From positions 14,198,001 through 14,262,000 of the forward strand of contig NC_043007.1 in the NCBI RefSeq assembly GCF_006345805.1: DNA of 64,000 nucleotides, in the 5' to 3' direction. The notes under the pieces were generated by a model. That model made no database searches. It was given only the letters and a program-made list of their open reading frames with translations, and was not told the origin of the DNA. The first letter of the stretch is position 1. Each line of letters starts with the position of its first letter. Shown in pieces: positions 39,701-53,100 of this stretch. Source of the DNA: Octopus sinensis (Eukaryota). A program made the translations under genes and the position numbers.

Positions 39701-41341
39701 TGTACCCTTAACGCAGTTCTCGGGGATATTCAGCGTGACACAGAGAGTGACAAGGCCGGCCCTTTGAAATACAGGTACAACAGAAACAGGAAGTAAGAGT
39801 GAGAGAAAGTCGTGGTGAAAGAGTACAGCAGGGGTCACCACCACCCCCTGCCGGAGCCTCGTGGAGCTTTAGGTGTTTTCGCTCAATAAACACTCACAAC
39901 GCCCGGTCTGGGTATCGAAACCGCGATCCTACGACCGCGAGTCCGCTGCCCTAACTACTGGGCCATTGCGCCTCCCTGGCTTTATAATTCTACCCACTCA
40001 GCCATTCTACCATCATGTTATCTTCTATCTTGCTGGAACCTTTCTCCATCCATGAATTTGGTCTGTGGCTCAAATGAATCCCCAGTTGTCTTCTGCATTT
40101 AACGTTTCTACCTCCACTTCCTTACTGATGTCCATGGTGCATAGTATTTCTTTGAACCTTGAAAACAGTCAAGAATTTGGATTGTTAATTAGTAAACATT
40201 TAATATGTTTACATTATTTACATTCGACGGATAGTTGTCCTCATCTTGTTTGTGGTTAACACAATGTTTCGGCTGATATACTCTCCAGCCTTCTTTGGGT
40301 GTCTTGGGGGAAATTTCGAACTTGTGTTCTCATTCCTAAGGTATTTTTCGATGTTGTTATTATTATTATTATTATTATTATATTATTATTATTATTATTG
40401 TTATTGTTCAGGTCACTCTTAACCACTACACCATATGCCCAGAGGCATATGGTGTAGTGGTTAAGAGCGCGAGCTACTAACCCCAAGATTCCGAGTTCGA
40501 TTCCAAGCAGTGACCTGAACAATATCAATAACAATAATAATAATAATAGCATCAAAAAATACCTTAGGAATGAGAACCCAAGTTCGAAATTTCCCCAAGA
40601 CATCTGAAGAAGGCTGGAAGGTATATCAGCCGAAACGTTGTGTTAACAACAAACAAGATGAGGACAAATATCTGTCGAATGTAAATAATGTACATAATTC
40701 CTCATCTCTTAAATATAGAACTGTATTTAATATTTTTATTTATTCATTTTCCTAACAAACAATCTTATGTAAAGCTCTGATTGAAATTTCATCGACTAAA
40801 ATACTTTAATGAAAATACAAAGTTTGGTAACATGAGACCAGGAGCAGTTCTCTGGTAACTTAGTATCAAAAGGATTATCCCTTTAGTATTTGCATTATTC
40901 TATCAAAAGTAATGCTTATTTATTCACATTGTTTTAAATTAATCCTGCATTATCTTGTGACTTTGAGATTTTGATGAAGTAACTATTCATTTTTTTTTAG
41001 AAGGACATTGTAGAGTTGGTGTGAGAGGCCAGGTCTGGCCAATTTGAACATAAAACAGGGGAGAATATTTTGGCCGGTTTAAATGCTAAAGGGTTAAAGC
41101 TGTTGAGACAGTTAATAAAGTGTTATGAACTCACCTGATTAAAATATTTCCTTATTTCTTGCAGAAAGATGAAAAAACCAATTCGTCCAAAAGTAACAAT
41201 CAAGGTGGTCAAGAGTTCTTCAGGAAAAACTCTTCCAATTTTAGTCTCTTATCCCACACAAGACAAGGATGGTACCATTCTGCTTGCACATAGTAGTTTT
41301 ATTAAGCCTGTTTTTGAACGAGTGGCAAGTATTAACATTTA

Positions 41342-41381
<40 letters not shown>

Positions 41382-44300
41382 TCCATTTTACAATCTAAAT
41401 CTCACTGTTTCTTCTTGTTTATTGTTTTTTGTTTTTGTCATTCGGTTTCTATACTTTATTTCTGTTATTTTCATCACTTTTTGGCGAGCTGGCAGGAACG
41501 TTAGCACACCGGGCGAAATGCTTAGCGGTATTTCGTTTGTCGTTATGTTCTGATTTCAAATTCCACTGAGGTCGACTTTGCCTTTCATCCTTTCGGGGTC
41601 GATAAATAAATACCAGTTACGCACTGGGGTTGATGTAATCGACTTAATCCCTTTGTCCTTGTTTATCCCCTCTGTGTTTAACCCCTTGTGGGTAGTAAAG
41701 AAATAGGTATTTCGTCTGCCGTTACGTTCTGAGTTCAAATTCCACTGAGGTCGACTTTGCCTTTCATCCTTTCGGGGTTGATAAATAAAGTACCAGTTTC
41801 GCACTGGGGTTGATGTAATTGACTTAATCCCTTTGTCTGTCTTTGTTTGTCCCCTCTATGTTTAGCCCCTTGTAGGCAATAAAGAAATATATTTTCATCA
41901 CTTTACATTCTATCTCCACTCCATCTCTTCTTTTTGTGTGTGTATGTGCAATATGACCTGTCTTGCTTCATCATAAAACTTGGCAATAAGAAGCACATCC
42001 AGCCATATCTATGCCTTGTTGCCAGTCTTAGTTTCTCACTGTTCATCCCATGGATTTCTCCCACAGTCGATTGCTACAATTGATGATCGTGGAACATTGA
42101 ATTTAGAATTGTCTCACATGGCTGCTGCTTGCGTTATATTGTAATAGAACATTGTCATCTTCAGTTGGTATAATCACCAGCTTCTTGTCATCTCATCATA
42201 TTCTTTTCTACTCTAGGCACAAGGCCTGAAATTTTGGGGGAGGGGGCAGTTGATTAGATCAACCCCAGTACACAACTGGTACTTAATTTATCGACCCCAC
42301 CATCGTCATCTCTTAACATCCGTTTTCCATGCTAGCACGGGTTGGACGGTTCGACCAGGGTCTGGGAAGCCAGGAGGCTGCACCAGGCCCCAGTCTGATC
42401 TGGCAGTGTTTCTACAGCTGGATGCCCTTCTTAACGCCAACCACTCCATGAGGGTAGTGGGTGCTTTTTACGTGCCAGGGGAGCTGGCAGAACCGTTAGC
42501 ATGCCGGCCGGAATGCTTAGCAGTATTTCGTCTGTCGCTACGTTCTGAGTTCAAATTCCACCGAGGTCGACTTTGCCTTTCATCCTTTCGGGGTCGATTA
42601 AATACGTACCAGTTACGCACTGGGGTTGATGTAATCGACTTAATCCTTGTGTCTGTCCTTGTTTGACCCCTCTGTGTTTAGCCCCTTATTGGCAGTAAAG
42701 AAATAAGAATGTATATATTCTACATACACTCACAAATTTTACAGCTGAATTGTATGTATTCTGTTTGTATCCTGATATTGTATATGTTTTAAACATTAAT
42801 TTTTTTTTTCTTTTTTCATTCAATTCAGGCTTCTAAAAATATGACAGGAGAAATAACTGTAGAACATAAACCTTCTTTACCAAGTCAATTCAGTGGCTCA
42901 AATGCTCAGAAAGTAAGTAACACCACAATTTCCTTTCCTCTGGGTTTTGGAGAATCTTAGAGTTTCATTATAACTCTGTTGGTTGTTGACCTTATTAGTT
43001 TGATGGTTTTTACAATTACTTATATTTCATTTGACCATGTAGAGACTGCTTCTGTCTGGTCAAAGCTGATATTATGAATGCTGCTCAGTACAATGAACCA
43101 GACCTGTTCTAGGTTCTTAATTCTGGTATCCTGTATGAGTCAGAATAGTAAATGAAATGAGTCTCCATCAACAGCAAGAATCCAGTTGTTCAATTAGCAA
43201 TCATCATCATCATCGTTTAACGTCTGCTTTCCATGCTAGCATGGGTTGGACGGTCTGACCGGGAATCTGGGAAGCCAGAAGGCTGCACCAGGCTCGTCTT
43301 GATCTGGCAGAATTTCTACAGCTGGATGCCCTTCCTGACGCCAACCACTCCGAGAGTGTAGTGGGTGCTTTTACGTGCCACCGGCACGGGGGCCAGTCAG
43401 GCGGTACTGCCAACAACCTCACTCGAATCTTTTTACACACGCCAATGGCACAGGTGCCAGTAAGGCGTCGCTGGTAATGATCCTGCTCGAATGGTGCTTC
43501 TTGCATACCACCAGTACGGAAGCCAGTTAGCCGCTCTGGCAACGATCACGCTCAGATGGTGCTCTTAGCACCCTACTAGCATGGGGCACAAGTGCCAGTT
43601 ACTTAGAAGGGTAGGCTGGCTGTGGAATCTTGCATGCATTAATTTCAATCCTTCTCATTAATAACTGCATTGTTTCCTTCCAGGGTAAACTGACATTTGA
43701 CTGTTCACAGAAGACTTCAGATGTAACTAGTAGTGACTTCTCTTGAAAATGGACAAAATCTGGCATCATGGTGTTATCAAGTACCAGCAGAAAAAGAGTT
43801 TAATCGACCAGGACATCCATGACATAGATGCTACATTAGGGGATGATGCTCCAGCTTTATCAACAGTGCTAAAGTGGGAAGTTGAATTTAGGAGGGGAAA
43901 GGAGAAGTTTTGAAACGGACCCAACGTTTGGACATCCAGCAACTGTCACCAGCAAGGAAAACATTGATGATGTTTACCACATAGTGATGAATTACAGGCA
44001 GTTGACTATAAATCAAATAGCTAATGCTATTAGCATATCCTATGAGAGTGCTGAGAATATTCTGCACAATGAACTTAGCATGTTGAACTTTTCTGTTCAG
44101 TGGGTGCCATGTTTTCTGACACCAGATCTAATGTGTATCAAGCTGGTCACATTACAGGAAAATTTGACATTGTTCAAGGCTTATCCAGTTAATTTCCTTG
44201 AATGTTTTCCAACCCAGGATAAATGTTAGGTTCGTTACTTTGAGCCAGGGACAAGGCAACAATCCATGCAGTTGAAACACCCTCCTACCTTGCTCCAAAG

Positions 44301-47147
44301 AAGGCCATAGTCATTTCATCTGCAGGGAAGGTGATGGCCTCAGTTGTTTGGGCCTGGCTTAAAATGTACCCAATTATTTTGTTATAAATCTATATTTATA
44401 CATAATAATGTGGTTATTAATAACATCATTTTACTACCATGTGATTTCAAGCTCATCAATAGCAGTGGAATTACAATTTCACTTCCCCTGCTGGACACTT
44501 TTTCATCTGCTACTCATGCAGCTGTGCTTTTTGACACAATAAAGTGGTTAACACTGTATTGTGGCTTTCTGTTAATAATATCCACATTAAGTAAGACATG
44601 CAGATTGCTGTTTGATACCAATACTGTTTCTATCACTATTAACAAATCATCATCATTATGTCGACTTTCCATGCTGGCATGGGTTGGACAGTTTGACTGA
44701 AGACTAGCAAGCCAGGAGGCTGCACCCAGCAGCAATCTGATCTAGTAAGGTTTCTACAGCTGGAGACCCTTCCTAATACCAATGGGTGGTTTTTATTATA
44801 TATAATTGTGTTCTGAGTTCAAATCCTTTCATAACCTACATGGCTTGTAGGCTTAAATTGTTGTCTGGTACCATGTTTACCTTTAGCAGAGTTGACTCTG
44901 TGGCAAACATTGAGATAGTCTCTAGTTTGAAAACACCCTCCATTTTCCTTGCTACTACTTGGAGATGCCATAAAGAAAGAATCATCAGCCTCTTGACTAA
45001 AAGATTAAAAAGAAAATATCTCTAGATCATCATCATTTAATGTCCATTTTCCATACTGGCATCGGACGGTTTGGCTAGGGCTGGCAGGCTGAAAGAGCTG
45101 CATCAGGTTTTGGCTTTGTTTCTACAGTTCAACACCCTTCCTATCCTGAACCACTTTACAGAGAGTACAGGGTGCTTTTTACATGACACCAGCACCAACA
45201 GATTCACAAAGTAACTTGCAAGATGAAAAACCTCTTCAGCTAGGAGGGGAGCATTAATCAAGGTGGTTTAGGATATCAATTCTACTGTGATGGGCAGGTC
45301 TATATTCTGTGACTGCAAAGACCTGGCAAATGATGTGAGTTCATGGCTGTTTCCTGCACCAGTTTCGCATAGCCCCAGCCCATGCAAAGTACCTTGGATT
45401 GCAGAACGACCTGCTGTGCTTGAGGAGACCTATTGAGTCAAGTACATCAACATCAAAATAAATATCAAATGGCAATTGTAGTTGCGATACCTGTACTAGT
45501 GGCACATAAAAAGCACCATCCAAACGTGGCCAATGCCAGCGCTGCCTTGACTGGCTTCTGTGCCAGTGGTACGTAAAATGCACCAACCGATCATGGCCGC
45601 TGCCAGCCTCCTCTGGCACCTGTGCTGGTGACACGTAAAAAGCACCCACTACACTCACGGAGTGGTTGGCATTAGGAAAGGCATCCAGCTGTAGAAACAC
45701 TGCCAGATCAGACTGGAGCCTGGTGCAGCCTCCTGGCTTCCCAGACCCCGGTCGAACCATCCAATCCGTGCCAGCACGGAAAGCAGACGTTAAACGATGA
45801 TGATGATATATTTATCAATATTTTGTTTAGTTTCATTTTCTCCAAACATTATAATTGTTTTTTGACATAATTATTTAGAACCTTTTGACCGAAGATGGAA
45901 TACTTCTTCTGTTGGAACAGTGAATCTTGAAGCATACAAATCTGTAAACAATAACACATAAATATTGGGCTTCGAAAAAACCTCTGACTTTTTCAATCCA
46001 AAGGGTTTCTGAACCCAATATTTTCACACTATTGTTTGTAGCTTTGTATTCTTTGAGAATCCAAAAAGGAATTATATTTTTTGATTGTGTAGAAATAGAT
46101 CTTCACTCTCAGAGTGGTTGGCATTAGGAAGGGTATCCAGCTGTAGAAACTCTGCCAGATCAGATTGGAGTCTGGTGCAGCCATCTGGTTCGCCAGACCT
46201 CAGTCAAATCGTCCAACCCATGCTAGCATGGAAAGCGGACGTTAAACGATGATGATGGTGATTGTATAGAAATGTAAATTACATTCCAAATGCTAGCTTA
46301 ATATTGACAAAGTTACTTTATTGAATTTTTCATTATTTTTGAAATTAATTAAAATTGTGGAAGAATATTTCAACAGAAATATGGCAACAAATAGGTTAAG
46401 TATTTTTACCAGTGACTAAAGCTCTGAATCAATAGTCAGCTTATACGAACATATGCTGCCTCTTTTCATATCTTCTTTTACAAAGACATACAGAAGTTCA
46501 TCAAAATTTTCCTGCTCAAACTCTTCACATGCTTCTGTGTATTTTTGCAGGTGATCCTTGGAGAAGTGTCAAAAGATACAACTATTTTAACTCCTAGTCA
46601 TATGGTATCAAGTGGGCCAAAAGTAGAAAACAACACACATTTCTTAAGTAAAAAGAAACGAATATCAGAGGTATGGCTAGACTTTGATTTCTATCTGCTG
46701 TTTTATGCATTCTCATTCACATTGCTCTTTATTTTATACATTCTTGCAGCCATCATTACTATAATCATCCTTTTTTTATTGTATACACCATTTTATACAT
46801 ACTGATAGCTTTATTTTATATATTCCTTGTACACGTTGCTATATTTTTTTATACAATTTTGTACACATTGGTAAGTTTATTATATATCCTTTTATATATT
46901 GTGATGTATATTTGCCATTTAAATATGGCTAACCTCTAAGGGTGGATAGCATCCACCCTTAGGGGTTAGCCATACTTAAATGGCAAATATATGTCACGAT
47001 GTGTTGCAGCTACTGTTTATAACTCGCTCTGAGATTTATTATTGCTTTTATATATTATTATATATATATATTATAATATATATATAATTATAAGATATAT
47101 ATATATATATATTATTATATATATATAATTATAAGATATATATATAT

Positions 47148-47186
<39 letters not shown>

Positions 47187-50100
47187 CCTACTATCTTTAT
47201 TTTATAGATTTTTGTTACCTTTAGTTTATTTTGTATGTCCTCTACATTCTATTACGACTTTGTGTTTGAAAATTGTCTGTGTGTCTTTTCTTTCAGCTTT
47301 CCTTACAAGATCGTCTAAAGGCCATCAACTATGACCAGTCAGTAGAAGTACCAACGACAAATCAACCCCCTCTCGCAGATTCTATGGCTGTTCTATTAAC
47401 CCAAGGCCTTACTAGTGAAGATAGATCAATTTTAGATGTAAGCTAGATTTTATTTAATTCCATCTTAACTGTTTTAAAATGTGGCTGTCATAAGAGTTGA
47501 CTATTGTTGTGAATGTTAGGCGTAGGAGTGGTAAGTGGCTTGCTTACGAACCACATGGTTCCGGGTTCAGTCCCACTGCGTGGCACCTTGGGCAAGTGTC
47601 TTCTACTACAGCCTCGAGCCGACCAAAGCCTTGTGAGACAGAAGCTGAAAGAAGCCTGTCGTGTGTGTCTGTGTTTGTGCCCCCAACATCGCTTGACAAC
47701 CAATGCTGCTGTGTTTACGTAACTTAGTGGTTCGGCAAAAGGGACTGATAGAATAAGTACTAGACTTACAAGGAATAAGTCCTGGGGTCGATTTGTTCAC
47801 AAGAGTGTGAAGTGGGAGTATAAAAGATGGTTAACCATGGGGGGGGTAGAGGTGAGTGTAGTGGATGATGAACAAAGGTGGAAGTGCGGTTGACTGGAAA
47901 TACCAGTATGGAGAGGGATAAGGTGAGGGCTATGGAAGTTGCTCAGGAAGGATTGGAATTTAGTGAGATGATGTATAAGGTGTAAAATATTGATTTTTTT
48001 TTTTTTTTTTTATTACTATATATATATATATATATTGAGCTTGCGAAGACCTGTTGAGGCAAGTGAAATCGAAATCGATCAAAAATCAATGGAAATTGTA
48101 GTTATGATACCAGTGCCGGTGGCACGTAAAAGAACCATCGGAACGTGGACGTTGCCAGCGCCGCCTTGACTGGCTTCCATGCCAGTGGCACGTAAAAAGC
48201 ACCAACCGATCGTGGCCGTTGCCAGCCTCACCTGGTACCTGTGCCAGTGGCACGTAAAAAGCACCCACTGCACTCACAGAGTGGTTGGCGTTAGGAAGGG
48301 CATCCAGCTGTAGAAACACTGCCAGATCAGACTGGGCCTGGTGCAGCCTCCTGGCTTCCCAGACCCCAGTCAAACCGTCCAACCCATGCTAGCATATATA
48401 TATTTATTTATTTGCTCGTAGTACAATGTTTTGTCGTGTTTATGTGTGCATTACTATGAAATAATTTTCTGCATTTATCAATGTTTAATCGGGTTTCCAA
48501 TCAAATGTCCTTCAGTAAACAATAAATAAAGGAACTCAAGTGGATATATATTGTCTCATTGTTAAATTAGACCATTTTGGGTTGAATTAATTGGTTTCAC
48601 TGTTATTTAATGATTGATCTGAAATCTCAAACATATCCCTCTCAAATCAGTGATAAAGGTAACTTGGAAGCTACGTGATAAAGTGTCTTTGTTAAATTTG
48701 TGCCTGATTGATTTTGTATGATTGATTTGTTTCCTTTCTCTTTTTTCACAGAATGTTCTTCGTAAAGAACACAGTGAAGCTATTATACAGAATACAGTAA
48801 GAAAATTAAATATACAAGCTGTTATTCCTTTAATGAATGAACTTTCTCGGCGAATGAGTAAACCACATTTAGTGTAAGTTGGCTCTTTTAAATTCTTTTG
48901 AATTATATCCCTTTTTGCTACCCTACCCCCTGTACCAGTTTCAATAGCAGAGTAAGATGTCTCCTAGTGTGGACTGGATGTTTTTTACATGGCACCAGAA
49001 CTCTTCAATAAATACACATAATTTTCTTTGATTTCATTTTCACTATGGCTGTGTGGTAATGAAGTTTGCTTTGTAACCATGTGGTTTCAGGTTCAGTCCC
49101 ATTGCGTTTGACTCTAGGCTAATTGTCTTCTGCTATAGCCTTGAACCAACCAGTGCCTTGTTAGTGAGATTGTATATTCATGACAGCATTTTCCCCACAT
49201 GTTGATGAATGTATGAGCTGAGTGAAGTTTTGACTACCATTTCTTGGAATTGGATGAAAGCATTTAGGATGCTTCTCTGGATTATATGTCTGTCAGTTTG
49301 GCTCTTGTGTAAAATAAATTAGATTGATGCAATCTTTACATTGCCACCAGATTTATAAATTCTCAGCAGGAGAATATTGTGGATTATGTTGGACCTACTC
49401 CATACCTGCAACTGGATTTGAAGGAGTGAAAGGCAAAAGTTGACCTGAGCTGTCTTTAACCTATCAATGAATGCCATGAGCAAATATAAACACTGACTAC
49501 CATTCCTATCAACTTAGCTTAATACATGCTGGCGTATTCAGTTGTCTTGAAATTGTTGTTTGTATATGAAGCTAGAATCAAATTCTGAACCAATCATAGC
49601 CGTTTGCCAGCCTCCTCTGGCCCCTGTGCCAGTGGCACTTATAGAACACCATTTGAGCGTGGCTGTTGCCAGTACCGCCTGACTGGCCCTTGTGCCGGTG
49701 GGACATAAAAGCACCCATTTCACTCATGGAGTGGTTGGTGTTAGGAAGGGCATCCAGCTGTAGAAACACTGCCAGATCAGACTGGAAGCTGGTGCAGCCT
49801 CCTGGCTTCCCAGACCCCGGTCGAACTGTCCAACCCATGCCAATATGGAAAACGGACATTAAATGATGATGATGAAATATAGAAATGTTTGATTCACTGA
49901 ACTCTTAAATAACCATTTTAAGTCAGTTTTTTTTTTATAGGTATGGTTTGGTAAAATATTTTTTGTTTTGTTTTTTCTTCAGATTGCCAATATATGTCCA
50001 ATGGGTTAAAGTTATATTATCCATCCACACATCATATCTAATGTCAGTAAGTATAGCACAGCCTATTGTCATAAACCATTCTCTTTTACTTGTTTCAGTC

Positions 50101-53100
50101 ATTTGACTGCGGCCATGCTGGAGCACCACCTTTAGTCGAGCAAATCGACCCCGGGACTTATTCTTTGTAAGCCTAGTATTTATTCTATCGGTCTCTTTTG
50201 CCGAACCGCTAAGTGACGGGGACGTAAACACATCATCGGTTGTCAAGCAATACTAGGGGGACAAACACTGACACACAAACACACATACATATATATATAT
50301 ATATATACATACGACAGGCTTCTTTCAGTTTCCGTCTACCAAATCCACTCACAAGGCATTGGTCGCTCCGGGGCTATAGCAGAAGACACTTGCCCAAGAT
50401 GCCACGCAGTGGGACTGAACCCGGAACCATGTGGTTGGTAAACAAGCTACTTACCACACAGCCATTCCTGCACCTTGTCTTGAAATTGTTGTTTGTATAT
50501 GAAGCTAGAACCAAATTCTGAACCAATCATAGCCGTTTGCCAGCCTCCTCTGGCCCCTGTGCCAGTGGCACGTAAAAGGCACCCACTACACTCATGGAGT
50601 GGTTGGCGTTAGGAAGGGCATCCAGCTGTAGAAACACTGCCAGATCAGATCATTCGTGAATTTTAACTTTGCTATTTCTCAATGTAGTGAACAGTCATTA
50701 TTAAACCATGAGGGCGCCAAGCTGGCAGAATTGCTGGCACACCAGGTGAAATGCTACGTTTTGAATTCAAATTCCGCCGAGGTCAACTTGACCTTTCATC
50801 CTTTCTGGGTCAGTAAATTGAGGACCAGTGAAACACCAGGGTCAGTGTAATCAACTAGTCCCCTCCCTGAAAATTCAGGTCTTATGCCTATAGCGAAAAG
50901 GATTATTATCAAACTATGAGATAGGAGATCTATTTTTATCTGAGTACACTCAACTAGGTAGGCCACCCTTTATCTCACTCAGTGGTTCTCAGTCAGGGGC
51001 CTTTTGACCCTTGTTGGGTATCAGATAAGATTTTGCCATTAAAATTTATAAGCAATAAATTGGCTACACTTCTGCAATACACAAAATATAAAAAAAAAAA
51101 TTTTTTATACAATTCCTTATAATATTATAAAAATATACGATTTTTGAGGGTGCACTGGAGTAAAATAGAAATCTATGGTGTTCACAGGTAAAAAAAAAAA
51201 GAAATGGTTGTGAACCACTAATCTGACTCCTGCGTTCTTTTACAATGGGGGAAGATTTGACCTGGTCTTCAGTTTTTCAGTCATCCAACATTTAATTAAC
51301 TTAGAAACCTTAAATAATTCTTAACCCTTTCGTTACCAATCCGGCAGAAACCAGCTCTGGCTCTGAGTACAAATGTCTTGTTTCCATAAGTTCTCAGTCA
51401 CAATTTATGTTCCTAACACTAGCTGAAAGATAACTAAGTTATTTTACTAAATTCTTTGTTATATTTAAAGTAATTGGAAGAAACACAGAGTGTCTCTAAT
51501 TAAGTACAGTAACGAAAGGGTTAATCTTTGTTTGCCTCACAATTCCTCGAGCTTATAAGGGATTGTGCCAATGTTATTTCGCATGTATTGTACATTGCTA
51601 CTCTTTCCAAACACTTTAACCCCTTTTTTTTTTACCATTTTTTGTCGAACTCCATTGACTTCTCTTTTGACTAATTTTTAAGATAATCAGGAATTTAGTA
51701 AAATAATTTTGCCATTATTAAGCTAGTTTTTAGAACATAAATCAGCATAACATTTTGATTCACTTTAAAACCAGAACATGTATTGTAGAAGCAAGGGCAG
51801 TCTCTGGCAGTTTGGTAGTAAAAGAGCTAAACTCTTGTGGCTTATTTCACCCCCAGCCACACACCATTGCATATCTTTAAATTCAAGCTACAGAATAAGC
51901 TCTGTCTGCCTCCATGTCCCAGGTGATTTTGATACATTTACTAACAAACTCCTCTCGTTGATTAAAACTTCCCAATACTTCAGTTTTCTGTATAATTTTT
52001 GGCAGTAAATGCTCTAGAAATGATCTCTTCCTTATTTTCATTTTCGTTGTTTATTTAGCTTTTTTATTTTTGTTGTATTTCATTAGTTTCCAGATTTAAT
52101 AGACAGTTTAAGTTCATTGCATCGTTTACTGGATACCAGAGTGGCCATGTTTTCAAAGCTAACTCGATTACAGGGCAAGTTAGGATTATTATTATCTCAG
52201 GTGAGTTGGTTTATTGAATTCTCTTTATTTACCACACATTTCTCTTGCTTAGCATTGTTTTTGTGAAACTGCTGTCTTTAATGGAACTGCAGCCGTGGGT
52301 GAAGCTAAAACCACAACTGCAGCGGTCAAGCACTTCAGGGAAACTCGTCCAAGCCATGCCAACATGCAAAAAAAGCTTGACATAAAAGCAGCAATGATGT
52401 GATTGTTGTTATTGTTGCTGTTTCCAATAAATTTGTCCTTTGTTTCTTCTGAATTCATAAATTAAGTACCAGGCACACAAAGGAGTAATTCAGCATCATC
52501 ATCAGTGGACTCACGGTTGGAGGATCGCAGTTTCAATTCCCAGACTGGGTGTTGTATGTGTTTATTGAGCGAAAACACCTAAAGCTCCACGAGGCTCTGG
52601 AAGGGGGTGGTGGTGACCCCAGTTGTACTCTTTCGCCCCAAATTTCACTCATTCTTCCTGTTTCTTATCCCCGATTTCCTACACAACCGCTGAGCCTGGA
52701 TGCGCATTCATCCATCCATTGATGGTCTCGGTGTCGGGGGTTGACCTGCTTTCTCTTCTGCGGGTCTTACAAATAGCAAAGGACCTCGTTTCGGACTTCT
52801 CCCATCTTGCGAGCTCTGGGACGAAGACCGTTCCTTCAACAGCAACAGCATCATCATCAGTTCTAATGTCCATTTACTGCCCTCATTGAGATGTTCTGAA
52901 TCCTCCAGAATTTTCTCTCTTTTTAATTATGTTAATCTGTTCTTGCAGCTCACGTCTCGGCATCAAGATGAACAGGGAGACACTCAACAGGAACAGCATC
53001 CGCTCCTCGTTTACCAAGATGGTTGGTTTATTTATTCTTAAAAATTGTTTTTTAAATTTAAATTTTATTTATTTTTTTTTTTTTACCTGTTTTCCTGTTT

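Noticed and set aside
38850-39767. 305-aa ORF
   Set aside because: Runs through several unrelated repeats, starts at GTG and has no coherent domain; a chance open frame.
40257-40310. Second hammerhead on the minus strand
   Set aside because: Core mutated (CCAAAGA; GAAAC-AUU), so predicted inactive.
43684-43745. Possible extra WDR43 exon after ttccttccag
   Set aside because: No good donor, an in-frame stop follows, and exons 9 and 10 already join in phase.
48645-48716. GTGATAA...CTGA with short terminal stem in intron 11
   Set aside because: Mismatched C box and an AT-rich guide with no recognisable target; likely chance.
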